Assembly: GCA_035553015.1 (NCBI GenBank)
Contig: DATNEH010000084.1
Location: 1 to 44,464 of the forward strand
DNA length: 44,464 bases
Origin: Caulobacteraceae bacterium
Lineage (GTDB): Bacteria > Pseudomonadota > Alphaproteobacteria > Caulobacterales > Caulobacteraceae
Reading direction: 5' to 3'
Below are positions 1 through 7,950 of this stretch, in pieces; positions within the stretch are counted from its first letter, which is position 1; every line of letters starts with the position of its first letter. The position numbers and the translations under genes are program-made. The notes under the pieces were generated by a model. The model had not been told where the DNA came from. It searched no databases and saw only the letters and a list, made by a program, of their open reading frames with translations.

Positions 1-1
1 G

Positions 2-481
2 ATCATCGCGCTGATCGCCGCGCTGGTGGGCCCGCGCCTGTTCGCCCAGCTCGACCACGCCAAGGTGACCACCGCCCGCGTGCAGGTAAAGTCGCTGGAG
101 ACGGCGCTGCAGACGATGGAGCTCGACATCGGCCGCTACCCAACGGGGAGCGAGGGGCTGGCGTTGCTGGTGGACGCGCCCGACCGCAAGGCGACGCCCG
201 GCTGGAACGGGCCGTACCTGGCGAGCGGCGTGCCGAACGATCCCTGGGGCCGCGGGTACGTCTACGACCCGCCGACCGACCGCGCCCATCCGCCGCGCGT
301 CCACAGCCTGGGCGCCGACGGCAAGCCGGGCGGCGAGGGCGACGCGGCGGACATCTACAGCGACGCGCCCGGCCAGACCGCGGCCGGCGGCCAGGTCCAG
401 GAACAGAGCCAGACCGCGCCGGCGAGCGCCGTCGGCGCGCCGGCTGCGCCGCCGTCGGACGTCCCGCCGAAGGCGCCATGA
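2..481 (+). CDS. gspG: Type II secretion major pseudopilin GspG (5'-truncated by window edge)
   Basis: Frame is open from base 2 (IIALIAALVGPRL hydrophobic helix). T2SSG motifs LDIGRYPT..EGL.AL, WNGPYL, DPWG..YVY and SLGADGKPGGEG..ADI are present, plus an extra ~40-aa low-complexity tail. Confidence 0.93.
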   Translation: MIALIAALVGPRLFAQLDHAKVTTARVQVKSLETALQTMELDIGRYPTGSEGLALLVDAPDRKATPGWNGPYLASGVPNDPWGRGYVYDPPTDRAHPPRVHSLGADGKPGGEGDAADIYSDAPGQTAAGGQVQEQSQTAPASAVGAPAAPPSDVPPKAP

Positions 482-885
482 AGCGCGCCGCGCGCGGCTA
501 CACGCTGCTGGAGATGCTCGTCGTGCTGGCGATCATGGCGCTGGCGGTCGCCTTCATCGCCCCGCGCGGCGAGGCGATGCTCGACCAGATGACCGCGCAC
601 GCGGTGTTCTTCGACTTCCAGCGCCAGGTCTCGGACCTGCGCCGGCAGGCCTACGCCAGCCAGACCGGCGTCAGCTTACGCGGCTCAGACGACGCCGATC
701 CCGCCCTCGCCCGCGCCCGCGCCATCCCGCTGCGGTCGGGGTGGACCTACCGCCTGACCCAGCCGATCGCGATCACCGACGGCGGCGCCTGCGCGGGCGG
801 CGCCGTCGAGCTGCTGAAGTACGGCCGCCCGGTCATGCACCTGGCGATGGCCGACCGCGCCTGCCACTTCGTGCGGCTGGATTAG
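478..885 (+). CDS. Minor pseudopilin with prepilin N-terminal cleavage/methylation motif (GspH-like)
   Basis: MKRAARG|YTLLEMLVVLAIMAL prepilin motif; ATGA overlap with the gspG stop. Confidence 0.85.
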   Translation: MKRAARGYTLLEMLVVLAIMALAVAFIAPRGEAMLDQMTAHAVFFDFQRQVSDLRRQAYASQTGVSLRGSDDADPALARARAIPLRSGWTYRLTQPIAITDGGACAGGAVELLKYGRPVMHLAMADRACHFVRLD

Positions 886-954
886 GCGGCCGCCCATACG
901 TCGGCGCAAACACGCCCGCTTCCGGACTTCCCGCTGAAGTCGGCTCGCGACCAA

Positions 955-1110
955 GGGTGTGTGAAAACGCGGCCTCTCAACGAACCCGTAGAATATCCTT
1001 GCGCAGGTCCGCTCACATGGGGGCGTCTGGCGCGAAGACGAGGGCTCAAGCCTTCCAGCACTGCATACCTATGCCCCGGTTTCCGAGCGCACCGGCGTTT
1101 TCACACAGCC
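955..1110. mobile_element. MITE-like / IS-end remnant with 16-bp terminal inverted repeats
   Basis: GGGTGTGTGAAAACGC (955-970) and GCGTTTTCACACAGCC (1095-1110) are reverse complements at 15/16 positions. No transposase lies inside. The ends resemble IS1182-like TIRs (from recall, unverified). Confidence 0.6.
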
Positions 1111-1173
1111 TGGACCCATTGCCGACATCGTCGCCGCCAGGCAGAGATTGGTCGGCCACAGCTGGAGGCGACG

Positions 1174-1521
1174 TTGCTCGACCATCTATGGACCTCGAAT
1201 CTTGTGTTGCGGCGGCGGTTCCCGAACGGGGTCGAGCCGTTCAAGATCATCTCGCGCTTGGCGGAAGAATGCGGGGAACTGTCTGCCGAGGTGCAGCTAT
1301 GGGAAGATCAGGGCGTCAAACGCGCAAAACACGGCGATCCCGATCCCCACAAACTTGCGACCGAGGTGATGGACGTAATGCGAGCGGCCCTCGCCATCGC
1401 GGAATACTATCATGTTGAGCGTGAACTCTTGGCTGCCATTCAAGGAACCATCGAACGCGCGGTAGCTGCTGGCCTGCTAACCCGCGACGAAGCCGAGCAG
1501 CCCGTGAGCGGGAGAATCTGA
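1174..1521 (+). CDS. MazG-like nucleoside triphosphate pyrophosphohydrolase
   Basis: RLAEECGELSAEV...LATEVMDV acidic helix motifs. Likely TTG start at 1174 behind GGAGG (1164-1168); the ORF-track start at 961 runs through the MITE. Confidence 0.72.
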   Translation: MLDHLWTSNLVLRRRFPNGVEPFKIISRLAEECGELSAEVQLWEDQGVKRAKHGDPDPHKLATEVMDVMRAALAIAEYYHVERELLAAIQGTIERAVAAGLLTRDEAEQPVSGRI

Positions 1522-1671
1522 CGGCAAACGCGCCGGTCCACCCGATGCGTAAAGACCGTCCCCTGCTCGGCTGTCCGAACGTCCGCTGATCGGCGCCGCC
1601 GCCGAAGCGCTGCTTGCTGGCGCGAGGCAAACGACCGAGTCCGACCCTTTGGCGACGTTCGCCCCGGCGCC

Positions 1672-2091
1672 CTACGGTGCGCGCGGCGCATCGCCCACAG
1701 CTAGCCTGTGGAACAGCCAGGGGCCGATGCAACGCTGGTATCCAAGCCGTTCGTAGAAGGGCGTTGCGGCATCGAGCGACGACACGAACACGGTCTCGAC
1801 GCCTTCGGTCCGCAGCCAGTCCTCGCAGGCCTGGACCAGCGCGCGACCCGCGCCGCCTCCTTGCTGGTCCTCGGCGACCGCAAGCTCTTCCAGATGGCCA
1901 CTCATGGAGAATCCGTAGTCGGCGACCGTCGCGATCAAGAATCCGACCACGCCATCGGCGGTCCTCGCGACAAACGTCCGCGCTGCCTGACGCACGGCCT
2001 TCGCCGGGGCGAGATCAGGTCCGTACAGCAGCTTGGCCAGTTCATCGATGGCTGCCAGGTCCTGCTCCTCCGCTTGCGAAATCACAGTCAT
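1672..2091 (-). CDS. GNAT family N-acetyltransferase
   Basis: LAVAEDQQGGGAGRALV acetyl-CoA motif A and A..FYERLGY motif B; ATG at 2091 preferred. Confidence 0.88.
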   Translation of the reverse strand: MTVISQAEEQDLAAIDELAKLLYGPDLAPAKAVRQAARTFVARTADGVVGFLIATVADYGFSMSGHLEELAVAEDQQGGGAGRALVQACEDWLRTEGVETVFVSSLDAATPFYERLGYQRCIGPWLFHRLAVGDAPRAP

Positions 2092-2160
2092 CTGATGTCC
2101 CCGTTCAAGCTCGTCCGGCACAGTTTGCAGAGCGGTGAATGCGCTCGGCGTGGCTCACGC

Positions 2161-2556
2161 TCAATGGGCGTCCCTTAACTGGCGAAGTATCGGGCGGTAT
2201 TCGGCGGCCGCGAGGCCCTCCAGATCGCACGCCTCGGCCAGGCCGAACCAGCGCAGCTCCGTGTGTTCATCGTTGGCGAGAGCAGGTTCACCCAACCAGG
2301 CGTCGATGCCGTAGACCAGACAGTCCGACCAGCTATCGCCTTCTTGGAAACGGAAACGGCTGAGGAGTCGCCATTGAAGCGGCGCGACGCCAAGTTCCTC
2401 GCCGAGCTCCCTCGCCAGGGCCGCCTCCAAAGTTTCCCCCGCCTCGACGTGGCCGCCCGGAACGTCCCAGCAGCCAGGATAGGATTTGTGAGCGCTTCTC
2501 CTACCCAACAGCACCTCGCGCCCGCGAAGCAGAAGCGCGCCAACGCCAGTCGCCAT
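2161..2556 (-). CDS. NUDIX hydrolase (MutT-like)
   Basis: Nudix box PGGHVEAGETLEAALARELGEELGV; AGGAGA immediately before the ATG at 2556. Confidence 0.92.
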   Translation of the reverse strand: MATGVGALLLRGREVLLGRRSAHKSYPGCWDVPGGHVEAGETLEAALARELGEELGVAPLQWRLLSRFRFQEGDSWSDCLVYGIDAWLGEPALANDEHTELRWFGLAEACDLEGLAAAEYRPILRQLRDAH

Positions 2557-2560
2557 TCTC

Positions 2561-3074
2561 CTAAACTCGCAACAGTGGGAAACGCGCCTCCACGACATAC
2601 TCGCCCTTCTCGAACGATGTGATGGTAATCGCGTCGATCAGGAACTGCGACCTGACGTTTTGGACCAAGCGTGCGCGCCGGAACTCTTCGCCTCGGTCGG
2701 AAGTGCGCGGGCGCACTACCGTACGTGAGGTGCGACGGAACCTCGATTGGGCGAAAAGGCGGCGCGACGGCGCTCCGCCTCAGCGCGCGCAATTGTCCGT
2801 CGTCGTCGAGAACTTCGATGTACACACAGCCGTCGTCCGGCGGCGGGAAAGAGCGAAAGTCGCCGAGCGATACGCGAAACTCCGCTTCTCTCTCGGCGAC
2901 CGCCTCCACGCGGTCACGGAGCGCGGCTACGCCCGAATGCTCGTCCGGATACACCAGCGTGACGTGGGCCGGAATCGCTGCTGCCATCGCGGGGTCCCAC
3001 TTGCGCCGGATAGCCTCGATGTTGGCGAGCTGAGGCCCGACCAGAAAGAGCATCGCGTGGTAGCGCTTCGTCAT
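2561..3074 (-). pseudogene. 2H phosphoesterase (2'-5' RNA ligase family), frameshifted
   Basis: First motif is PAHVTL and second is SHLT. Removing 4 bp at ~2720-2723 restores HLTVVRPRTS...RFPLLRV* ending at TAG 2561, which overlaps the NUDIX RBS. Confidence 0.72.
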
Positions 3075-3208
3075 CGCGCTCCACTGAAGACATCGCGCGA
3101 CAGCGTCCTCAAGGACCAACCACTTGGTCGGCTGGCTCCCTTCGCGGACCCTCAGCGGGTCCGCTTTCCGCCGGGCGATCGCTGCCTGCCCACGCGTTCT
3201 ACAACGAC

Positions 3209-3901
3209 CTAGGGCGCCGCGAGCCGGATGCGGGCCTCGAGGCCGGCGATCATGGTGTCGAGGCGGAAGGCGAAGGCGGCGTCGGGGTCCCATTCCATGA
3301 GGAAAGGGCGCACGGCGGCCACGTGCGGGTAGCGCGCCGGGTCGGGCGGGTCGGCGGCCGCGGACGCCAGGAACTCGGCGCGCTGCGCGGCGAAATCGGC
3401 CTCGGCGCTTTCAGCGGCCGCCCACTGGAAGACGAACGAGGCGAGCATGTTGATCGCGTAGCCGGTGTCGCGCGGCGACAGCCCCGCGGCGATGAGCACG
3501 CCCAGCGTCTCATCCACCTGGGAGAGCGTGCCCGGCCCGGCCCAGAGGCCCTGCGGGGCGAGGCGGGTGATGTCGCGCACACCGCGCAGGTAGGCCCGCA
3601 GCCGCTGGGCGCCGTGGCGCAGCTCGCCCTGCCAGCCGCCGCCGCTGGGCCGGACCGTGAAGCCCTCCATCAGGTGGACGTAGAGCGCCAGCTCCAGCGC
3701 CCGCTTGTCGGCGAAGTACCAGTAGATCGCGGGCGCCTGCACGCCGAGCTCGTCGGCGATCGCGCGCATGGTGAGGCCCGCGTAGCCGTCGCGGGCGAGC
3801 ACCCGCGCCGCCGCCTTGACCACCGCCTCGCGGGTCAGCATCGCCCGGCGTGGCGCGGATCGGCGGGCTTTGCGCGCGGGGTCCATGCCCTCGGATGCCA
3901 C
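3209..3901 (-). CDS. TetR family regulator (TetR class C-terminal domain)
   Basis: LTREAVVKAA..LTMRAIADELGVQAPAIYWYFADKRAL HTH, with a TetR_C-like PARYP..AFAFRLDTMIAGL tail. Start may be 3886. Confidence 0.92.
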   Translation of the reverse strand: MASEGMDPARKARRSAPRRAMLTREAVVKAAARVLARDGYAGLTMRAIADELGVQAPAIYWYFADKRALELALYVHLMEGFTVRPSGGGWQGELRHGAQRLRAYLRGVRDITRLAPQGLWAGPGTLSQVDETLGVLIAAGLSPRDTGYAINMLASFVFQWAAAESAEADFAAQRAEFLASAAADPPDPARYPHVAAVRPFLMEWDPDAAFAFRLDTMIAGLEARIRLAAP

Positions 3902-3906
3902 TTGCG

Positions 3907-3958
3907 CTTAACGCCGTAAAGTGTATTGAACGGCGTTAAATATTGAACGTCGTTAAAT
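3907..3958. promoter_or_regulatory. Three tandem imperfect palindromic operators in the divergent tetR/P450 promoter
   Basis: CTTAACGCCGTAAAG (3907-3921), ATTGAACGGCGTTAAAT (3925-3941) and ATTGAACGTCGTTAAAT (3942-3958). Confidence 0.78.
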
Positions 3959-3970
3959 GGAGCGCACGCG

Positions 3971-5218
3971 ATGGCCGCCGACGAGACCGCGCCGCCGATC
4001 ATGTTCCAGCTGACGCCGCTCAATCCAGCCTATCGCGAGGACCCGTACGCGGTGCTCGCCGAGCTCAGGTCGCGCACGCCGGTGCTGCCGGACCCGGGCT
4101 ACGGCAGCACGATCCTCACCCGCTACGCCGACGTGCGCCCGCTGGTTTCCGACCGCACGCTCTGGCGCGACGGCCTGCGCGCCGACGAGGCGCAGTTGCG
4201 ACGCCGACTGACCGCAGAGCAGCTCGCGGAGTTGCGCGCCCAGGTGCGCAGCGAGAGCTCCACCATCCTTGAGCTCGACGACCCCGACCACGCCCGCATC
4301 CGCCAGCCGCTGGCGCAGGCGCTCTACGCCCGCGTCGCCAGATGCCGGCCCGAGGTGGAGCGGATCGTGGATGAGACCCTGGACGGCATCGACGCCGCGC
4401 GGCCGTTCGACCTGATGACGCGCTTCTGCATCCCGATCCCGATCGACGTGATCGCCGCCATCCTTGGCGTCGACCATGACCGGCTCTCAGAGTTCCGGAC
4501 CTGGTCCGAGGGGCTCATCCAGGGCGTCAATCCGTTCCGCACCGAGGCGCAGACCGCCGAGATGCAGCGCTGCGACGCAGCGCTGGCGGACTACTTCGCC
4601 CGGCTGATCGCCGAGCGGAAGGCCGAGCCGCGCGACGACCTGGTGAGCGACATGACCCGCCTGCAGGGCGAGGGCCTGGCGCTCACCGACACCGAGCTGC
4701 GCATCAACCTCTCGGCGCTGCTGATCGGCGGCAACCTCACCACCACCGACCTGATCGGCAACGCCGTGCGGCTGCTGATCCTGCACCCTTCGGAGCACGA
4801 CAAGCTGAAGGCCGATCCCGGTCTGATCAACCAGGTGGTTGAAGAGACGCTGCGCTTCGAGCCGCCGGTCGACATGACCGGCCGCGTCGCCTCGCGCGAC
4901 CTCGAGGTGTCGGGCTGCCCGATCGCGAAGGGCGAGCCGCTGACCTTCTTCCTGCGCGCCGCCAACCGCGATCCCGCGGCGTTCGACCAACCCGACCGGT
5001 TCGACGTCAGCGCCAGGCGCCGGCCGCATGTCGCCTTCGGCGGCGGCGCCCACATCTGCATCGGCGCGCCGCTGGCGCGGCTGGAGGCGCAGGTGGCGCT
5101 GTCGCGGCTGTTCGAGCGCTTCCCAAACCTGCATCTCGCCGACCCGGACGCTCCGCCGGCGTGGCGCACCCTCCCGTTCTTCCGGGGGCTGGAGCGGCTG
5201 GATCTGGTCGCAGGATAG
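3971..5218 (+). CDS. Cytochrome P450
   Basis: Heme motif FGGGAHICIG, EETLR (ExxR), DDPDHARIR and I-helix GGNLTT. Confidence 0.96.
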   Translation: MAADETAPPIMFQLTPLNPAYREDPYAVLAELRSRTPVLPDPGYGSTILTRYADVRPLVSDRTLWRDGLRADEAQLRRRLTAEQLAELRAQVRSESSTILELDDPDHARIRQPLAQALYARVARCRPEVERIVDETLDGIDAARPFDLMTRFCIPIPIDVIAAILGVDHDRLSEFRTWSEGLIQGVNPFRTEAQTAEMQRCDAALADYFARLIAERKAEPRDDLVSDMTRLQGEGLALTDTELRINLSALLIGGNLTTTDLIGNAVRLLILHPSEHDKLKADPGLINQVVEETLRFEPPVDMTGRVASRDLEVSGCPIAKGEPLTFFLRAANRDPAAFDQPDRFDVSARRRPHVAFGGGAHICIGAPLARLEAQVALSRLFERFPNLHLADPDAPPAWRTLPFFRGLERLDLVAG

Positions 5219-5246
5219 CCGCGTCACGCTCTTTGACCTGGCGCGC

Positions 5247-5267
5247 TTGACCCGGCCCCGGGGCCGG
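5247..5267 (+). promoter_or_regulatory. Putative MerR-type operator/promoter (-35 TTGACC overlapping a 16-bp dyad)
   Basis: TTGACC at 5247-5252 and the perfect palindrome CCGGCCCCGGGGCCGG at 5252-5267, upstream of the MerR-domain gene. The -10 element is not clear. Confidence 0.55.
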
Positions 5268-5305
5268 CGCCGACAAGCCTGGCGGCAACCCTGACGAGGT
5301 GATTC

Positions 5306-6316
5306 GTGAGCACATCCGCCGAATATCTGAACCCCGCCGAAGCCGCGCGGCGCCTGGGCGCCTCCGCCAAGGCGCTTCGCATCTACGAGCAGCACGGCCT
5401 GATCGCGCCCTTGCGCACATCGGTCGGCTGGCGCGCCTATGGGCCGAAGGAGATGGCCCGCGCCGCCGAGATCGTCGGCCTGCGGGCGCTGGGGCTGACG
5501 CTGGCCGCCGTCGCCCGCGTGCTGGACGGCGACCCCGCCGATCTCGAGCCGGCGCTGGCGGCGCAGCAGGCCAGCCTCGAAGCGCGGATCCGTCAGCTGG
5601 CGGACGCGGCCGCGAACATCCGCGGCGTCCGCGCCAGCCTGGCGAGCGGCCAGGCGCCGACAGCGGGCGCGCTGGCGGGGTTGATCGGCCCGCCGGCAAT
5701 CGCCTTCGATCTGCCGCTGCCGTGGGGTGGCGAGCGGTTCGAGACAGCGGCGCTCGGCCAGCTGACCTACGTCACCGGGCCGCTCGGCAGCGGCAAGACC
5801 CGGTTCGCGGAGCGGCTGGCCGAAGTCCTGCCCGGCGCGGCCTACCTGGAGCTGGACCGCGACCGCGACGCGGCGCTCGGCCGGCGGGCCGCCGACCCCG
5901 CGCTGGAGGCCCGCGTCGAAGCAGCGCTGGAGTGGCTTGCCGAGGACGGCGCGACGCGCACTGACGCGCTCGACATCCTGCTCGTCCATCTGGAGGCCGA
6001 CACGGCGGCGGCCGTCGTCGTCGACCTCATCGAACATGGCCTGGACGAGCCGACGCAGGCGGCGCTCGCCGCCTACCTGCGCCGGCGCGGGGCGGCCGCG
6101 CGGCCGCTGGTGCTGCTGACCCGGTCGAACGTGATCCTCGACCTCTGTGCGGTCGGGCCGGACGAGGCGATCTTCTACTGCCCGGCCAACCACAGCGCGC
6201 CGATCCGCGTCACGCCCGTCCCCGGCGCGCCGGGATACGAAGCGCTGGCCAGCTGCCTCGCCTCCCCGCAGGTCCGCGCCCGCACGGCGGGCATGACGGT
6301 CACCGTGGCTGGGTGA
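5306..6316 (+). CDS. MerR-family HTH regulator fused to a P-loop NTPase-like domain
   Basis: N-terminal YLNPAEAARRLGASAKALRIYEQHGLIAPLRTSVGWRAY; Walker A GPLGSGKT; Walker B-like VVVDLIEHGLD. Confidence 0.85.
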   Translation: MSTSAEYLNPAEAARRLGASAKALRIYEQHGLIAPLRTSVGWRAYGPKEMARAAEIVGLRALGLTLAAVARVLDGDPADLEPALAAQQASLEARIRQLADAAANIRGVRASLASGQAPTAGALAGLIGPPAIAFDLPLPWGGERFETAALGQLTYVTGPLGSGKTRFAERLAEVLPGAAYLELDRDRDAALGRRAADPALEARVEAALEWLAEDGATRTDALDILLVHLEADTAAAVVVDLIEHGLDEPTQAALAAYLRRRGAAARPLVLLTRSNVILDLCAVGPDEAIFYCPANHSAPIRVTPVPGAPGYEALASCLASPQVRARTAGMTVTVAG

Positions 6317-6887
6317 CGGTCGGCGCGCCCGGCGCGGACAACCTCTGCAGCGCGTCGAAGGCGCGCCGCAGGTGGGCGTCCATGCCAGCCGCCGGGTCCT
6401 GGGCCCAGGTGCGCGCGGCGTAGCTCAAGGCGGCCATGCCGACCTGGGCGGCAAGGCCCGCCACAGCTTCGTCGACGCCGCGCCGCCGTAGCGCCGCCGA
6501 CAGGGTGGCGATCAGCCCCGCCGTCTTGGTCAGGACGCGCTCCTGCAGCGCCGGGGTCTGGGCGATCACCGCCTCTCGCGGCTCGGCGAACGCGCGGTTT
6601 GCCGAGATCATCGGCTCGACCGAGCGGAAGGCGTGGAAGAGCGCCTCCATCGGCGTCGCGTGCGCGGGCGCCGCCAGCACGCCGTCGCTCAGCGCGGCGC
6701 GGAAGGCGTCCTCGCCGTCGAACAGCGCCTCGCGCTTGTCCGGGAAGTGGCGAAAGAAGGTCCGCTCGGTGACGCCGGCCCGGGCGGCGATCTCCGCCGC
6801 TGTCGTGGCGTCGTAGCCGCGCTCGCGGAACAGCTCCAGGGCCGCCTGCCGCAACCGAATTCGCGCGTCTTCGCCACTTCGCGGCAT
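6300..6887 (-). CDS. TetR/AcrR family regulator
   Basis: AALELFRERGYDATTAAEIAARAGVTERTFFRHFPDKRE HTH. Confidence 0.93.
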   Translation of the reverse strand: MPRSGEDARIRLRQAALELFRERGYDATTAAEIAARAGVTERTFFRHFPDKREALFDGEDAFRAALSDGVLAAPAHATPMEALFHAFRSVEPMISANRAFAEPREAVIAQTPALQERVLTKTAGLIATLSAALRRRGVDEAVAGLAAQVGMAALSYAARTWAQDPAAGMDAHLRRAFDALQRLSAPGAPTVTQPR

Positions 6888-6906
6888 GCGTCGAGCCTAC
6901 ACCTGT

Positions 6907-6949
6907 TGTCAGTGACTGTCGCTACGCGTATACGTCAGTAACTGACGTA
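6907..6949. promoter_or_regulatory. Palindromic TetR operator(s)
   Basis: Perfect dyad TACGTCAGT-A-ACTGACGTA (6931-6949) plus a degenerate copy TGTCAGT-G-ACTGTCG (6907-6921) between the divergent tetR and oxidoreductase. Confidence 0.78.
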
Positions 6950-6974
6950 ACCTGCGCAACGTGGAGCCCGGACA

Positions 6975-7934
6975 ATGACCGATGAAACAGCGGGTGGCGA
7001 CACCATGCGGGCGATCCGCTTCCACGCGTACGGCGAGCCGGCTGACGTGCTGCGCGTCGAGGACGCCGCCATTCCGACTCCCGGCGCCGGCCACATCCGC
7101 GTGCGGGTGCATGCCTGCGGGCTGAACCCGGCGGACTGGGCGCTGTGCCGCGGCCTGTTCCCCGGCGAGCTGCCGCGCGGCGTCGGGCTCGACGTGGCAG
7201 GAATCGTCGACGCCGTCGGTGACGGCGTGACCGACATCGGCATCGGGGATCGGGCGCTCGGCTCCGCCAGTTTCGCGAACTATCCGAGCGCGGGCGCGTC
7301 GGACGTCGCCGTGCTGGAACGCTGGGGCCAGGCGCCGGAAGGCCTCGACCTCGTCGAAGCGGCCGCCCTGCCGATGGCGGTCGAGACCGCCTCGCTCCAT
7401 CTCGACGCGCTCGGCCCGGTGGACGGCAAGACGGTGCTGATCCACGCCGCCGGGACCATGATGGGTTTCGCGGCCGTGCAGATGGCGTTGATGGCGGGCG
7501 CGCGGGTCATCGCGACGGCGGGCGACACCTTCGCCGGCCAGCTTCGCACGCTGGGCGCCTCCGTCACTCGCTATGGGGACGGCATGGTCGAGCGGGTTCG
7601 CGAGATCGCCGGCGGCGCGCCGGACCTGATCCTCGACACGGCCTGGCCCAACGGCGTGCTGCCGGACCTGATCGGGATCGCCGGCGGCGATGCGCGCCGG
7701 GTGCTGACGATGACCGACTTCGCCGCCGCCGCGGAGCTCGGCGCCCGCCACAGCTTCGGCGAAACCATGACGCGGCGCGAGGGCGTGCTCGGCGCGTTCG
7801 CCCGGCTCGCCGCCGAAGGCCGCTTCAGGATCCCGATCGCGCGCACGTTCCGGCTCGACGACTGGCGCGAGGCGCTCGAGATCAGCCTGAGCGGTCACGC
7901 GCATGGCAAGCTGGTGCTGCTGCCGGGCGGCTGA
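6975..7934 (+). CDS. NADP-dependent oxidoreductase (MDR / quinone oxidoreductase-like)
   Basis: IRVRVHACGLNPADW, GLDVAGIVDAVG, TVLIHAAGTMMG and HAHGKLVL. Confidence 0.92.
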   Translation: MTDETAGGDTMRAIRFHAYGEPADVLRVEDAAIPTPGAGHIRVRVHACGLNPADWALCRGLFPGELPRGVGLDVAGIVDAVGDGVTDIGIGDRALGSASFANYPSAGASDVAVLERWGQAPEGLDLVEAAALPMAVETASLHLDALGPVDGKTVLIHAAGTMMGFAAVQMALMAGARVIATAGDTFAGQLRTLGASVTRYGDGMVERVREIAGGAPDLILDTAWPNGVLPDLIGIAGGDARRVLTMTDFAAAAELGARHSFGETMTRREGVLGAFARLAAEGRFRIPIARTFRLDDWREALEISLSGHAHGKLVLLPGG

Positions 7935-7950
7935 AAGCGGCGCGCGGACC

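Noticed and set aside
886-3208. Classical integron with attC sites
   Set aside because: No intI and no convincing RYYYAAC...GTTRRRY pairs were found by eye, and gene orientation is mixed. Kept only as a cassette-like island.
2175-3293. 372-aa ORF as a 2H-NUDIX fusion
   Set aside because: The NUDIX box is in a different frame; the length is explained by the 4-bp frameshift.
4487-6193. 568-aa minus-strand ORF, and similar long antisense ORFs (e.g. 19085-21103, 30644-32500, 32424-34286, 37872-39248, 17438-18790)
   Set aside because: These are shadows of well-supported genes on the opposite strand; high GC suppresses stops, and they carry no recognisable motifs.
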